DNA of 63,074 nucleotides from Mitosporidium daphniae (Eukaryota): NCBI RefSeq assembly GCF_000760515.2, contig NW_013546634.1, positions 1 to 63,074 of the forward strand, read 5' to 3'. Shown piece by piece: positions 1 to 12,179 of this stretch (position 1 is its first letter; each line of letters starts with the position of its first letter). The notes under the pieces were generated by a model. It saw only the letters and a program-made list of their open reading frames with translations, ran no database searches and was not told where the DNA came from. The position numbers and the translations under genes were made by a program.

Positions 1-2
1 AG

Positions 3-539
3 GAAAAATACTTTGATGGTGGGATCTATCTACAATTTGATCCCACATCAATTGTCGATAAGAACCCCGAAGTTGTATTTGAGATCGCCTTTACACACGA
101 GCCATTCCATGTGCTTTTCTACGAATGCTGCCACTTTCTGACTAGATACGTCTCAGATACTATCTACTCTATTGGGATCTATATTCGCCCGTCTACTACT
201 ACTTTTGAAATGAGATTCTTCGTTCTTCGAAGAATTTGTCCCTATAATGCGAGCGATGCTCTCTACATCGGTGATTTGTACATACGTCGCAAAAAGGATC
301 CTAATCTGTGTTTATCTACCTGGGTAAAAATCCCGAATCGTCTGACGAGGCCATTTTGTGCCAAATTCTTTAACACAAATCTTTGCTACTCGCGACTTTT
401 AACTCATGCCGATATCCTCAACGGAGCGTTCATTAGATTTCGCTTAGATGACCTCGTATTAGATCAAGAGATAGAATTGTCTAATGAGATGCTTCTGGCA
501 TTGTACGGACTATGGGACGAATGGAGAGGAAACCAATAA
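3..539 (+). CDS. 5'-truncated PD-(D/E)XK (Uma2/Crinkler REase-like) nuclease-fold protein
   Basis: Frame is open from base 3: EKYFDGGIYLQFD...NPEVVFEIAFTHEPFHVLFYECCHFL...YSIGIYI, resembling the D...P.VV.E(I/V)A pattern of fungal Uma2/CR-REase domains. No intron seen. Confidence 0.5.
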   Translation, partial: EKYFDGGIYLQFDPTSIVDKNPEVVFEIAFTHEPFHVLFYECCHFLTRYVSDTIYSIGIYIRPSTTTFEMRFFVLRRICPYNASDALYIGDLYIRRKKDPNLCLSTWVKIPNRLTRPFCAKFFNTNLCYSRLLTHADILNGAFIRFRLDDLVLDQEIELSNEMLLALYGLWDEWRGNQ

Positions 540-1243
540 TTTATTAACAAATTGATGGGGCAGAATTTTAAATGTTTTTTTGTCATAACGGTATGGTTTA
601 AGATCAGTTCAGTATGGAAACACCACATTGAGAAAACAGTGGGGCTATAAATATGTTTATTTGTCCAGAAGTAATCTAATTCCATTTGGGATTTACACAA
701 TTGAATGTTTTGGAGACTCGTTTGCCATAATCTGCATCTTTCGTAAATAAAAGCTATAATAAGATAAAGCCCGTACTCTAAGAAGAATGGATAGAGTTAA
801 GTTTGCTTTTCCAAAACCGTTTTCAAAAGCGTACTAAGGACATTTAATTGAGTTTTGAATCTTTTTTAGATAACCCCCAGCAGAGCTAATCCGTAAGCGA
901 TAAAATCTGCCTTATAGGGTAGGGGTTCTTTGAAGCATTTCAAAAATTCAACGATTAGTTTAAAGATTTTGTGCATGCTGAAAGAGCCAAGTTGATGCCG
1001 GATTGAATTGCAGAAAAAATGGCACAAATAGCGGAGCCTTTGTTTCGTGATAGGTTGGCTGGGATACTGGATCGATCAATCCTTTTCAGAAGTACATAGT
1101 TAGTGTCTCGTTTTTGGCCTGAACCATCAAGGGCTTAAATAAATCGGTTGGTTTGAAAATAGCATACATTCTCTACGCAACTTTTGGAGGGTTCCGGGTT
1201 ACGTTGCAGCATGGCTATCACCGATTTGGCTTTTTAATTTTTA

Positions 1244-1755
1244 ATGATCTCCTTTAAAACTAAACAAGATGCTCAAGTACACCGATTTCCTTTGTTATAC
1301 TTTTATAGGAATATTCATCCCTGTCCCACAAGCTAAAATGTATCGATCGGGAGATGAATTCTATTGGCCGTTCCCTTAGATCGCATGCCTCTCAAGCCAA
1401 AATTGCATCATTGACGATCAGTGAATTGGAAAGGCTATCTCAATCTGATAAGCCGCCGGCTGCTGTATTTTCTTCCGTTGGAAAGACGTTTATCAAACGA
1501 AAATCTTTGGGTGACGTAGTTGACCGCTTAACTACAATTATCAACTGCTCTCAAGGTTCTATCAAAGAAATTGAACAGAAACTTGGGGCATTGCAGATTT
1601 CCAAATCGTCCTTACAAGAGGCATCCGAAACCTTTTTAAAAAAGTCTATGACATCATCTTCAGCGCCGTCACCATCGGCACAATCGGCACAATCGTCACC
1701 ACCGTCACCACCGTCACCACCGTCACCACCGTCAGCACCGTCACCATCGCCATAG
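1244..1755 (+). CDS. Prefoldin beta-type subunit (subunit 1-like) with Ser/Pro tail
   Basis: ATG at 1244, 32-nt GT-AG intron 1277-1308. Coiled coil, then VFSSVGKTFI beta-hairpin, then coiled coil. Confidence 0.7.
1660..1752 (+). repeat. Coding 9-bp tandem repeats (CCGTCACCA-like)
   Basis: Encodes the SAQSAQ/SPPSPPSPP tail of the prefoldin gene. Confidence 0.85.
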
Positions 1756-1802
1756 TAGATGTTTTCAAATACTGCTAATAAAAATGCCAATTTATTAAAC
1801 AG

Positions 1803-3392
<1,590 letters not shown>

Positions 3393-3479
3393 TGAAAGTG
3401 CCAACGCAATCTAATTGAAAATTGCAACGGATTTACTTTTTTAATAGGTATAAAAAATTTTATTAAGTCAGTTTTTCCA

Positions 3480-3561
3480 GACACCTTGTCCGAGTGGTTA
3501 AGGAGTATGACTAGAAATCATATGGGCTTCGTCCGCGTAGGTTCAAATCCTGCAGGTGTCG
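3480..3561 (+). tRNA. tRNA-Ser(AGA)
   Basis: GACACCT/AGGTGTC acceptor stem, D arm around GAGTGGTTAA, anticodon arm TATGA-CTAGAAA-TCATA, long variable arm, GTTCAAATC T loop, T run downstream. Confidence 0.97.
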
Positions 3562-3653
3562 AATTTTTACATTATTTTGAGGCCTTGATTTACAATTTAA
3601 TTGCACTATTATTATTAGTTATCACTACCTACCTACCTACCTACCCATCTGTG

Positions 3654-6600
3654 ATGACCTCTATTGGCGATTGTTTGCTTTATCTTCCGACTGATCTTTT
3701 GATAGAATCGCCGCATAGCGTTCAGGAGCTCAAGTATTTTCTTGAACGGGGCAGTGAGACCGAAAAAATCAAAGCTCTACAAGATATAATTTACGTTTTA
3801 GCCAATGAATCCTCCAGTGCCTCAATCAGCTCAGAAGTCCTCATGCACATTATCAGATTTGTTCTTCCTTCTCAGAAAAACAAGCAAATTAAGAAGCTGC
3901 TGTTACTATATTTTGAGTTATGCCCAAAACTGGGGGCCGACGGAAAACTGCTTCAAGAAATGATACTGGTCTGTAACGCATTGAGAAATGATCTGCAACA
4001 TCCCAATGAATTCGTTCGTGGCTTTACTTTGAGGTTTGTTGCAAAGATCAAGGAGCAAGAAATATTGGAGCCTCTTCTTCAATCCATTCGTTCGAACCTG
4101 GTACGTCTTCAATTGCATTTACATGCTAGTCGCACCCGCATCCATACGTCAGGAGAAATGCACTTGTCGCAATAGCTTCCATTTCACTCAATTTGGAAAC
4201 TTTATTTCCAGACTCTACAGCATTGCTGAGGGAGGCCTTTTTTAATGTATGATTCTTTGCTGGTCCCACTATAGGAGTCTGATCGTCAATGCAAGCGGAT
4301 TTCTTTCATGTGTTTGAGCAAACTAGACTGGGGCGCTTCTTTTGAGCTGCTCAACTTTCTCTTGCCCACATTTGAATCTATTGATGAATACATGCAGCTT
4401 GCTGTGATCCACTTTGTAAATTTGAAACCGCTCGATAATTACTCGAAGGAAGAAAAGGTTTTTGAGCTTTTTTATGGCTAGGTCATATTTTCGGAATGTC
4501 TCATTTTGGTGCTCGAGTCTCCGACCGTAACTCCGACGATAAAGTTTGCCGCCTGCGATGTCTATTTGAGGCTTGCTTTCCCCAATCAGACGATGACGGC
4601 ACAGAGGGTGTTTCCAACCATAATTGATTTGATCCTAAAAGAATCCGATAATAACATCAAGCTAATTATTTTGGGAAAGCTTTCGTACGTTCTTTCCGTG
4701 GCAAGCAATACGCTGGATAGCCAGCTTTTAGATTTGTGGAAAGTGTTTTCGAGGTATTTGCTTGCTCGCTTACGCGCATTAGTTCTGATATTGAAATTAA
4801 AAGAAAGTCGCTGTTTTTGGTGCTTGACCACTGCACAGAGTCGACTGCAACAACCCTTTCAGACTATTTGGGCCAGGAAATATTGCAGCTTTCGCTTGCG
4901 CCATCTTCGGCTTCAAGTGATGATTTGAAGGTCTTGGTTTCTTCACTTTCAAAGTGTGCTCTTTACTCGCAATCAATTGTGAGCAAGGCGATCCCCATTT
5001 TTAGCCGTTTGGTGGTAGATAGACTTGGACCAAGCCCGTCCGCGGGAGCATGCTCAACTCAACTTAATAGCTACCCTTTGGAGTGCGTCGAGTTTTTCAA
5101 GTATCGTCACTTGTTTTATTTTCAGAATCGCCTTGATGAAATATCCGGCCTTGAATGGCATACTGATCCCTGAAATACTTTCTGTCATGCCCCAGATAAA
5201 GTCTGCAAAATGCTTCAAGGCCATGATGTGGCTGGTTGGAGAATATGGTACTTTGCAATTTTTTTACCGCCCATCATAGGCACTAGCGCCGAGATTGACG
5301 CCATTTTCAAGGGGCTTTCCTCGTATCTCGACGAATTATCAGAGCTGATCTCATCAATACTTGTGGATATTAAAGAGGGTGACAACGATCTTCTCTCATC
5401 GAAAGTCTTTGAAACATTCAAAGCCAACAGCTGGAAGTTGCAGGTTTTCCTCGAAAATGGGTGTCTAGGTTCTTGCGCCGCCATTGCCTTTTCAACGCTA
5501 AAATTGCTCGCAAAGGCGAAGGCATGTGACACCGAGGTGCTTCAAGCCCGGGCCATTCTGATCGTCATTGATATGCTGAAGATATTGAAAAATGTCCTTT
5601 CCAACCAGTCTCTTTTTTTTCCATCGACCGAGCTCAGAATCAATTTCGATGCATTGGATAGGCTCTCTATGTGTCTGAAATTTTTGTCTGGATCTTCTGG
5701 CGATGATGGTGCCGCTACCTTATTATCGTCCATATTCACCGGCTCCAAGGAATATTCTGTGCGGCCGTCATCCTTTACCTCACCAGCCACTGAAGCAAAG
5801 GTTTGCTTATTTAACCAACGTTATTGTAGAAGGTCAAAGAGAATTGTTTCGAGTTTGCCAACATCCCTTCGTCGATGCTGCTGAAAGTTGAAAATTCCGC
5901 CTCATCCAGCTCGCGCTTGTCTTTGCATGGCAACAAAAAGAACATCCAGGAGGCGGAGCTGGCCAAGCTGTTCAATTCTGAAGCTTTAAGCATGCAGGAG
6001 TCTCATCGCATTACGAAGCTTGACAGCGTATTCCAATTTACAGGTCCGTTTTATCTGCCGATCGTTTATAGGCTTTTCGGACCCCATATATGCAGAGGCA
6101 TATGTTAGCTTTTCAGAGCTCGATGTTATGCTGGACATTCTGATCGTCAACCAAACCCCTGAGACGATCCAGTCAATTTGCTTGGAGTTCATTTCGGATT
6201 ACGGATGCGGTAGTTCTGGCTCGTCAAGTAGCAGCCAAAGGCTATTGTTGAAGCCGCTCCAGCCATCACTTCCGGCGTTTGGATTTACTAATGTCAAGGC
6301 CTCAATCAAGGTGCGCCGTGTCTATTAACGTCGGCATAGATACACAATGCCGAACTTGGGAGCATCTATGGATACCTCTCGTTTGACCACCATCCTTTTC
6401 TTTCGGTGTCGTATATTGCTTTCAACCCCATTTCCGTCGATATTCTGCACCTGATCACCCCCAACCCGAACATTTCTGATGAGGAGGTATTTTGAAAAGG
6501 GTACATTTTTCTTTCTCGTAGTTTGCCTCAAGCTGGAAGGTCTTAGAATGGGAGAACAAGGTTACCCTTAAGCCTTGCTATTCGTAAGCAGCTCCTTTTA

Positions 6601-6910
6601 TTCGCCTTAGAACATTTTCGGCCATCATTTCTCGCTTGGCTCAATTGACCGGTTTTAAGTGTATTTATCCAAAAAAAGGGGACAACATTGCTCTTTATGA
6701 CCAAAGCCTTGTTTTCTCGGCCAATCTGTATGCTAGAAGCAAATTTGGTACGTTTGAAGCGCTCGAGCTAATCGTTTAGATGACGATATCCTTGCAAACG
6801 TAAGTCTGGAGCGTCAGAAGGATTCTTCCATTGCGGGCCATATTAGAATCCGCTGCAAAAGCAATGGGCTTGCCTATTTGATGGGAAATCGAATCACCAA
6901 GGCCCTTTAG
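3654..6910 (+). CDS. SEC26: Coatomer subunit beta
   Basis: EMILVCNALRNDLQHPNEFVRGFTLRF, SHPHPYVRRNA, GFSDPIYAEAYV, C-terminal GHIRIRCKSNGLAYLMG. More than 10 short introns, e.g. 4101-4129. Confidence 0.96.
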
Positions 6911-6969
6911 TTGGCATTTCAATAAATTTTATAAAATTTATTTCTAAATTTAATTCTTTCACAGTACTA

Positions 6970-7627
6970 ATGGTATGTCAACGTTCATGTCCATTGCTTG
7001 ATCGTTATTCATCGGTCTATTTTCGGTGCATTACTGGATCTTTCATGCTCTCTTTGCGTTTCCTTTCTTATTTGCAATTTTGTAACTTTGTAGGGTATCG
7101 ATCTGAAGCGTCATCACGTAAAGTCCGGCAACAGAAACGCGCCTGCTTCAGAGGATGTGTATCTCAAACTGTTGGTCAAAGTGTACCGCTTTCTTGCCCG
7201 TCGCACAGACTCAAACTTCAACAAGGTCGTTTTAAAGCGTCTCTTCATGAGCAAGGTCAATCGCCCCGTTGTCTCGCTGTCAAATATTTATTCGCAGCTG
7301 AAGAGCAAAACGGCGGATGCCCCTGTTGCCGTTATCGTTGGCAAGGTTGTAGATGACGAAAGACTGCAAAGCGTTCCCAAAATGATCGTTGCTGCGCTCA
7401 AGTTCTCAAAAAATGCAAAGGCTCGCATCCTTGCTGCTGGAGGCGAGACTCTGACCCTCGATCAACTTGCCCTTAGAGCTCCAAAGGGATCAAACACCGT
7501 TCTTCTGCGTGGAGTGAAAAAGTCACGAAAGGCCGTCAAGCACTTTGGTATTCCTGGCTCCAAGACCAATCCTGCTGTTCCATACACGCGCGGAAAGGGC
7601 CGCAAATTCGACGAGTTGAAAAGATAA
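6970..7627 (+). CDS. RPL18: 60S ribosomal protein L18 (eL18)
   Basis: ATG-only exon 1, intron 6973-7093, then GIDLKRHH...[32 protein letters not shown]. Confidence 0.98.
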
Positions 7628-7701
7628 TAAATTTATGACGCCTCACCATGGTTTTGGCAAGCAAAAAAGAAATTGTCGGCGCTGCGCATGCGTGTACTTT
7701 C

Positions 7702-8471
7702 TCAGCGTTGGGGCTTTATTTCTAATGCATTATCGAATGCTTGGATGCAAATCTCATCGGGCGCTGGCTCTCCCTTGCAGCGGTGGCTGAGCCACCATTT
7801 GTCCAGCAGGCCGCTTTCGACCATCAGCCTGAACCAGGGTGTAAATTGAGCAGGATCGTGCGCAAACATGCGGTTTAGTTGGGAGGGGGTGACCCATTGT
7901 ACATGGGCAACTTCATTTGGATTTACCGACAATTGAGGATCGGTCAGCGTCAAAAGAAACACATAATCAACTAGCGACATTAAAAGATGTGCAGGTACGT
8001 TCGTTTTCTGACCACAGGGCACATGATGGAGCAGAATATTTGATTTTGTGAAATAGCCTTAGATCGTCCAGGGAATACTAAAAATTACAACCCAGAGGCA
8101 CGAACCGTCGACGGGTCGAGGCCCAGCTCGTGCTTGAGCTTCCTCATTGCAGCGACTTTGGTGCCCTGTACGGGGTGGTCCATTTCGTTTGGAACATATT
8201 GCGGATGGCTGCAGCATGAGTTTGTCTTCAGCAGCGGAAATGTAATCTTGAATGATGAGCGCTGCTGGAGCAAAAGCTCGTCCCTTTCATTGAAAAGAAA
8301 AACCGAAAAGGCGCGATGAAGCGAGCCTTGTTTCCAGTGCGCATCGTGCTTCGAAATGGGGCCCAAAATCTTGTCATCGTCGTCTACCAGAATACAGGGC
8401 TCTCTTAAATAGCCCACTTGTGTCGGATCGTATTTAGCAGGACACGCGGCGGCAGGTGCAACTTGATCCAT
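7702..8471 (-). CDS. IDI1: Isopentenyl-diphosphate delta-isomerase
   Basis: LHRAFSVFLFN, KITFP, TNSCCSHP, RKLKHELG, NPNEVAHVQWV, FTPWFRL. Short introns. Confidence 0.95.
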
Positions 8472-8704
8472 TGATAAATTTTGCCAATTCAAATGAAATG
8501 AATTCAATTGAAATGAAATGCAGACCTTTAACGCCAAATGCACGGTTTGGTCGGCTTTATTTGCAAAATTTCAATAAAGCCAACTTTACATGCAACGCAT
8601 TGCCATTTTATTGACCCCATAGACCCCCCCTTTGAGCGATACTTTTGTGTACTTTGGCGGGGCAGCCCGCACTTGCGATCTTTGGGATGGAAAAGAGCCA
8701 AAAT

Positions 8705-9866
8705 TCAGCTTTCCGCTGCAGCGGGAAGGATGGCAGAGAGAATATGGGAAATCTTTGCTGGAGGCAGCTGAAGATTGATTTGAATTGCCCTGGAATCCCT
8801 TAGAAAGCCTAAACAAATAATGAAATATAAGAGTCGCAACATACATAATTGGACGCCAGATGAGGCCAGAATGGCCGAACTAAACAGCCTGGCAAGATCC
8901 TTCGCGTAAAAGCTGGTGTAAACGTTTGAGAAGCCATTGGATGGGGCAGAAAGGGCCACCAAGTATTCTAGCTTGCATTCGATCTGAGAATCGTGATTTT
9001 GATGGCGAGACTCCATAAGAAAGCCGCCAGTGTCTTCCTTCGTCAACGAAAGAGTTATAATACTTTTCTTTGATGCGGTGCATTTAGAAAGGGAGCATAT
9101 CTTTGAACAAAATGCGAACAGGCTCCGTTGCATAGGGCTTGACAGCTGGACAGCTATCCATGATTCGTGCTCAAAAGGGGGAGCAAAACAATAGATGCTC
9201 CTTTGGTCGAACAGCACCGTCGTACTGGCGATCGGAATCGCCTGCGAAAGCGTGAACGTCGTACCGGAGGAGGAATTTGTTTTAATTGCACTGATTGCCG
9301 CCGTTAACGTTTCTGAACTTGAGCAAGCAAGCAATTTGTGCCCATCAGGGGAGAGCTTTCCGGTGATGGAAAACACAAAAGGGCTACTCACGAATGAGCA
9401 AATGTATTTGAAAAACAGCTGAAATTCCATCTTGAGCGAAAAAAACGAGGGCGCCTCGCCATCGATGCCGGAGAACAAAATGGGCCCAAAGCACGAATCC
9501 TAGTGGTAAAACAGACGCAAAGACGCTACAATTGGCCACTGGAAATATGAAAACGAAAACGACCCGTCCGACGCATAGTGGAGCGTGTTGGGGTTGGGGT
9601 TGGGGTTGGGGTTGGGGTTGGGGTTGGGGTTGTGGTTGTGGCTGTGCTTTTGGTTGCTGCCGGTTGTTGCCGGGGTGAAAAATTTGCCCTGCCCCTCGAT
9701 GCTTGCTCTGAATTGCTGGCTGCAGATCGCAAACTCAAGCACAATGTGGCAGGCAGAAGGCGCAAGCGCTCGAAGCAGCGAGTGCGTGCACTCTATTTCC
9801 GATAAGGGAATCCAAAATACTCTGCAGCAACATGGGGTCGGACACCTCAAACTGAATGTTGAGCAT
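8705..9866 (-). CDS. Divergent 9-1-1 checkpoint clamp subunit, HUS1/Mec3-like
   Basis: Hand-spliced with introns 9793-9820, ~9500-9529 and 8809-8844. LTAAISAIKTNSSSGTTFTLSQAIPI and SFYAKDLARLFSSAILASSGVQLCF...ISHILSAIL align by eye, in order, with HUS1 segments (LTVSVELLSMSSSSRIVTHDIPI; IDIRKLLQFL...LQYFIPAL). Confidence 0.6.
9588..9641 (+). repeat. (TTGGGG)7 plus 2 TTGTGG copies; potential G-quadruplex
   Basis: Seven perfect copies at 9588-9629. Reads as NPNPNP in the minus-strand HUS1-like frame. Confidence 0.95.
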
Positions 9867-9883
9867 AAAATTTTTAACATTTC

Positions 9884-10980
9884 ATGGCCTGTGGCATCAA
9901 TATTTACAGGCGGCTTCAATGGTCCACCAGAGTTTCAAAGTTATGCAACGAAAATCTTGGGTGCGATCCCTCGTTTAGCTTCTGCATTTGCTCGCACACC
10001 GGCGATTATCTGTACATCATATCAAGAGACTGCCTGGTAATGGTCGACCTGATGGCGGCAAGAATCAGCCCCCCCTTGCCGTCGGAAAAGATTCTCCGCA
10101 AATTTACACTTTCCATCCAAATAAGCGGTACAACAATCCATAAGGCTGTTTTGGAGGAGCGATTCAAGCTATTTATTGCGGTGCTTTCCACCGATGGGCT
10201 CTTTATCATTTATTTGCTGATCGGAGAAAAAACAGCCCTTCATGAAAACACGGCCAAGGTTCCCATTTCTAGGCCCGTTATTTCTGACATCGCATGGGAC
10301 ATTCAATCAAAAACGGGCTCTTTGCTTTTAATCCTGTGCAAGGACAGCTACTTGAGGTATCGTTGGTTGTCCCTATTATCGCCTTTAGAATCTTTGATGC
10401 CAGCAGCGAAGAGAAATTGGAAATTTTGATTCCTCATCCTGACGACATCGATGATTCCACGTGTGCAGTCACTTGTGCGAACTTTCGTTGCACGGCTGGA
10501 ATTACCCTGTGGGATGACGAGCCCCAGAAGTTGCTTCTTCCCCCTTTGGTTGAATCACTGCACGAGGAGGGAGACGCTGGCCTGTCCCATCTTGCCGGCA
10601 ACGGAGATCCCAGCCTTTTTGCCTCTGTTTTCATTTGCAGGAACGGCGGGTCGATTCAGCGCATATACCCAACCTCAGAAAGTATTGAAAACTATGCCTC
10701 CTCTTTGAATTGCGAAACGATCCGCTTGCAGCAGACATCTTCTATTGTCGATATCCGGTTTTTCCCAACGTCCATTTCAGACGGCGACGAATTGAAAATT
10801 ATCGGCTGCAGCATCCTTGACGCGGAAAAACAGCTTTTCATTTACGGATTGTTGAGAAGGTCGCCTTTGACCGTTGACATCCAATCGGTATGCAGATGCT
10901 GCTCATTTTAGAAATGGACCCTGCTAAAGAAAGTGGACATAAAATCCACATTGCCTTCTTCTTCTTCTTGTTGTTCCTCT

Positions 10981-11015
<35 letters not shown>

Positions 11016-11982
11016 ATGGCCCTCCGTTTCATTGCCGGTGTCCGCTTTTAGCTGTCAATTTGCTTGGGGACCCTTTTTGTTCTTGTTGCTAAAAGACTCC
11101 ATTTATTCTGTCAATTTATGCGGGCCCGATTTGCTTCGCAAGGTCGTTTCGTGGAATTCTCCACCGTGGCTAGATGAAAAATCAAACTGGACATTTATTC
11201 CGCCAAGTAGGCTGCTGCGGCATACTGAGCCGATCGAGTTTCTAATCAAAGGAGGGCCCTCTTTTGAGCTGTTACAGTTAGATCCGCATTTAAAAACGTC
11301 CCTTCCGCTTTGTTCTCTTTCGTCAAAACTACCTTGTTGGAAATCGCTGCTTCATATTGCTTCGTTCAAGTCTCCGTTGGAGAGTTTCCCATTTGCCCAA
11401 ACGGCCAGGGAAATGGTGAGAAAGATTGAACATTCAGTGGAGCAACAGGCGAGGCTTTTGGCGAACATGCTGGAGCAAAAGAGCTCGGTCCAATCCTTGC
11501 TGGAGATATTCAAGTTCTGGAGAGCAGATGTCTTTCCATTGCTAGTGGACGTTGGAGAAACACTCCACAACCGGAGCACAATTGTGAAGCAAGAATACGA
11601 GCGGCAATCGCTGATTTTGGATTCCATTTGCACAAAGAAAGGCGCCCTGAACTTGAGAGACAGGATCACATCGATCTGTTCGGGATTATTCGAACTGAAA
11701 AAGAGAATGGACTCCATTGTGGCGCTCTCATTAACCGACAATGTGGATAGTAAAGACAGATTCCTCAATGCATCGCAAAGCCTCTCAAGGGATTTCATAG
11801 TGCAATATCAGGCAAAATACGAAGAGCTGGAAAGCAAGCTTTGCCGGCTGAGCGGGCTTTTACATCAAAAAATCACGTCTCTACATGTCAAGGAACAGCG
11901 CGACGTTCCTCTTCATATTTTATTTGACGAACTAGGGCTGTCCGAAAGGTACCTTTTTGGAAACTTTAATGGCCATTTGTAG
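9884..11982 (+). CDS. Nucleoporin Nup82/Nup88-like (beta-propeller plus C-terminal coiled coil)
   Basis: CICSHTGDYLYIISRDCLVMVDL and IHKAVL...IAVLSTDGLFIIY resemble Nup88 propeller blades. C-terminal heptad-rich helices. Frames joined by short introns. Confidence 0.5.
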
Positions 11983-12070
11983 ATTTCGCAACCGAACCGA
12001 GTTGATTAGACACAAGCTTCATGCCCTGGATGAGATGCTCTCCAAAATTCAAATTTGACGGAAACTACAA

Positions 12071-12145
12071 TTAAAATGAAAGCTAAAATGAAACTAAAAT
12101 GAAAATTAAAATCAAAATGAAAATTAAAATTAAAACTATAAAACT
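12071..12145 (+). repeat. Imperfect AT-rich hexamer repeat (AAAATG/AAAATT)
   Basis: taaaatgaaagctaaaatgaaactaaaatgaaaattaaaatcaaaatga... immediately upstream of the TM9SF gene. Confidence 0.75.
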
Positions 12146-12179
12146 TAATGACAAAAATGCGTCGCAGATTAATTGCGTT

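Noticed and set aside
3486..3653. N-terminal extension of ORF 3486..4175
   Set aside because: It reads through the tRNA-Ser gene. The SEC26 start fits ATG 3654.
4101..6780. Frequent frame breaks interpreted as pseudogenes or a variant genetic code
   Set aside because: The breaks I checked are explained by short GT-AG introns that restore conserved protein sequence.
9578..10040. Plus-strand ORFs with GV/GL repeats that look like signal peptides
   Set aside because: They are alternative readings of the TTGGGG tract, antisense to the HUS1-like exon.
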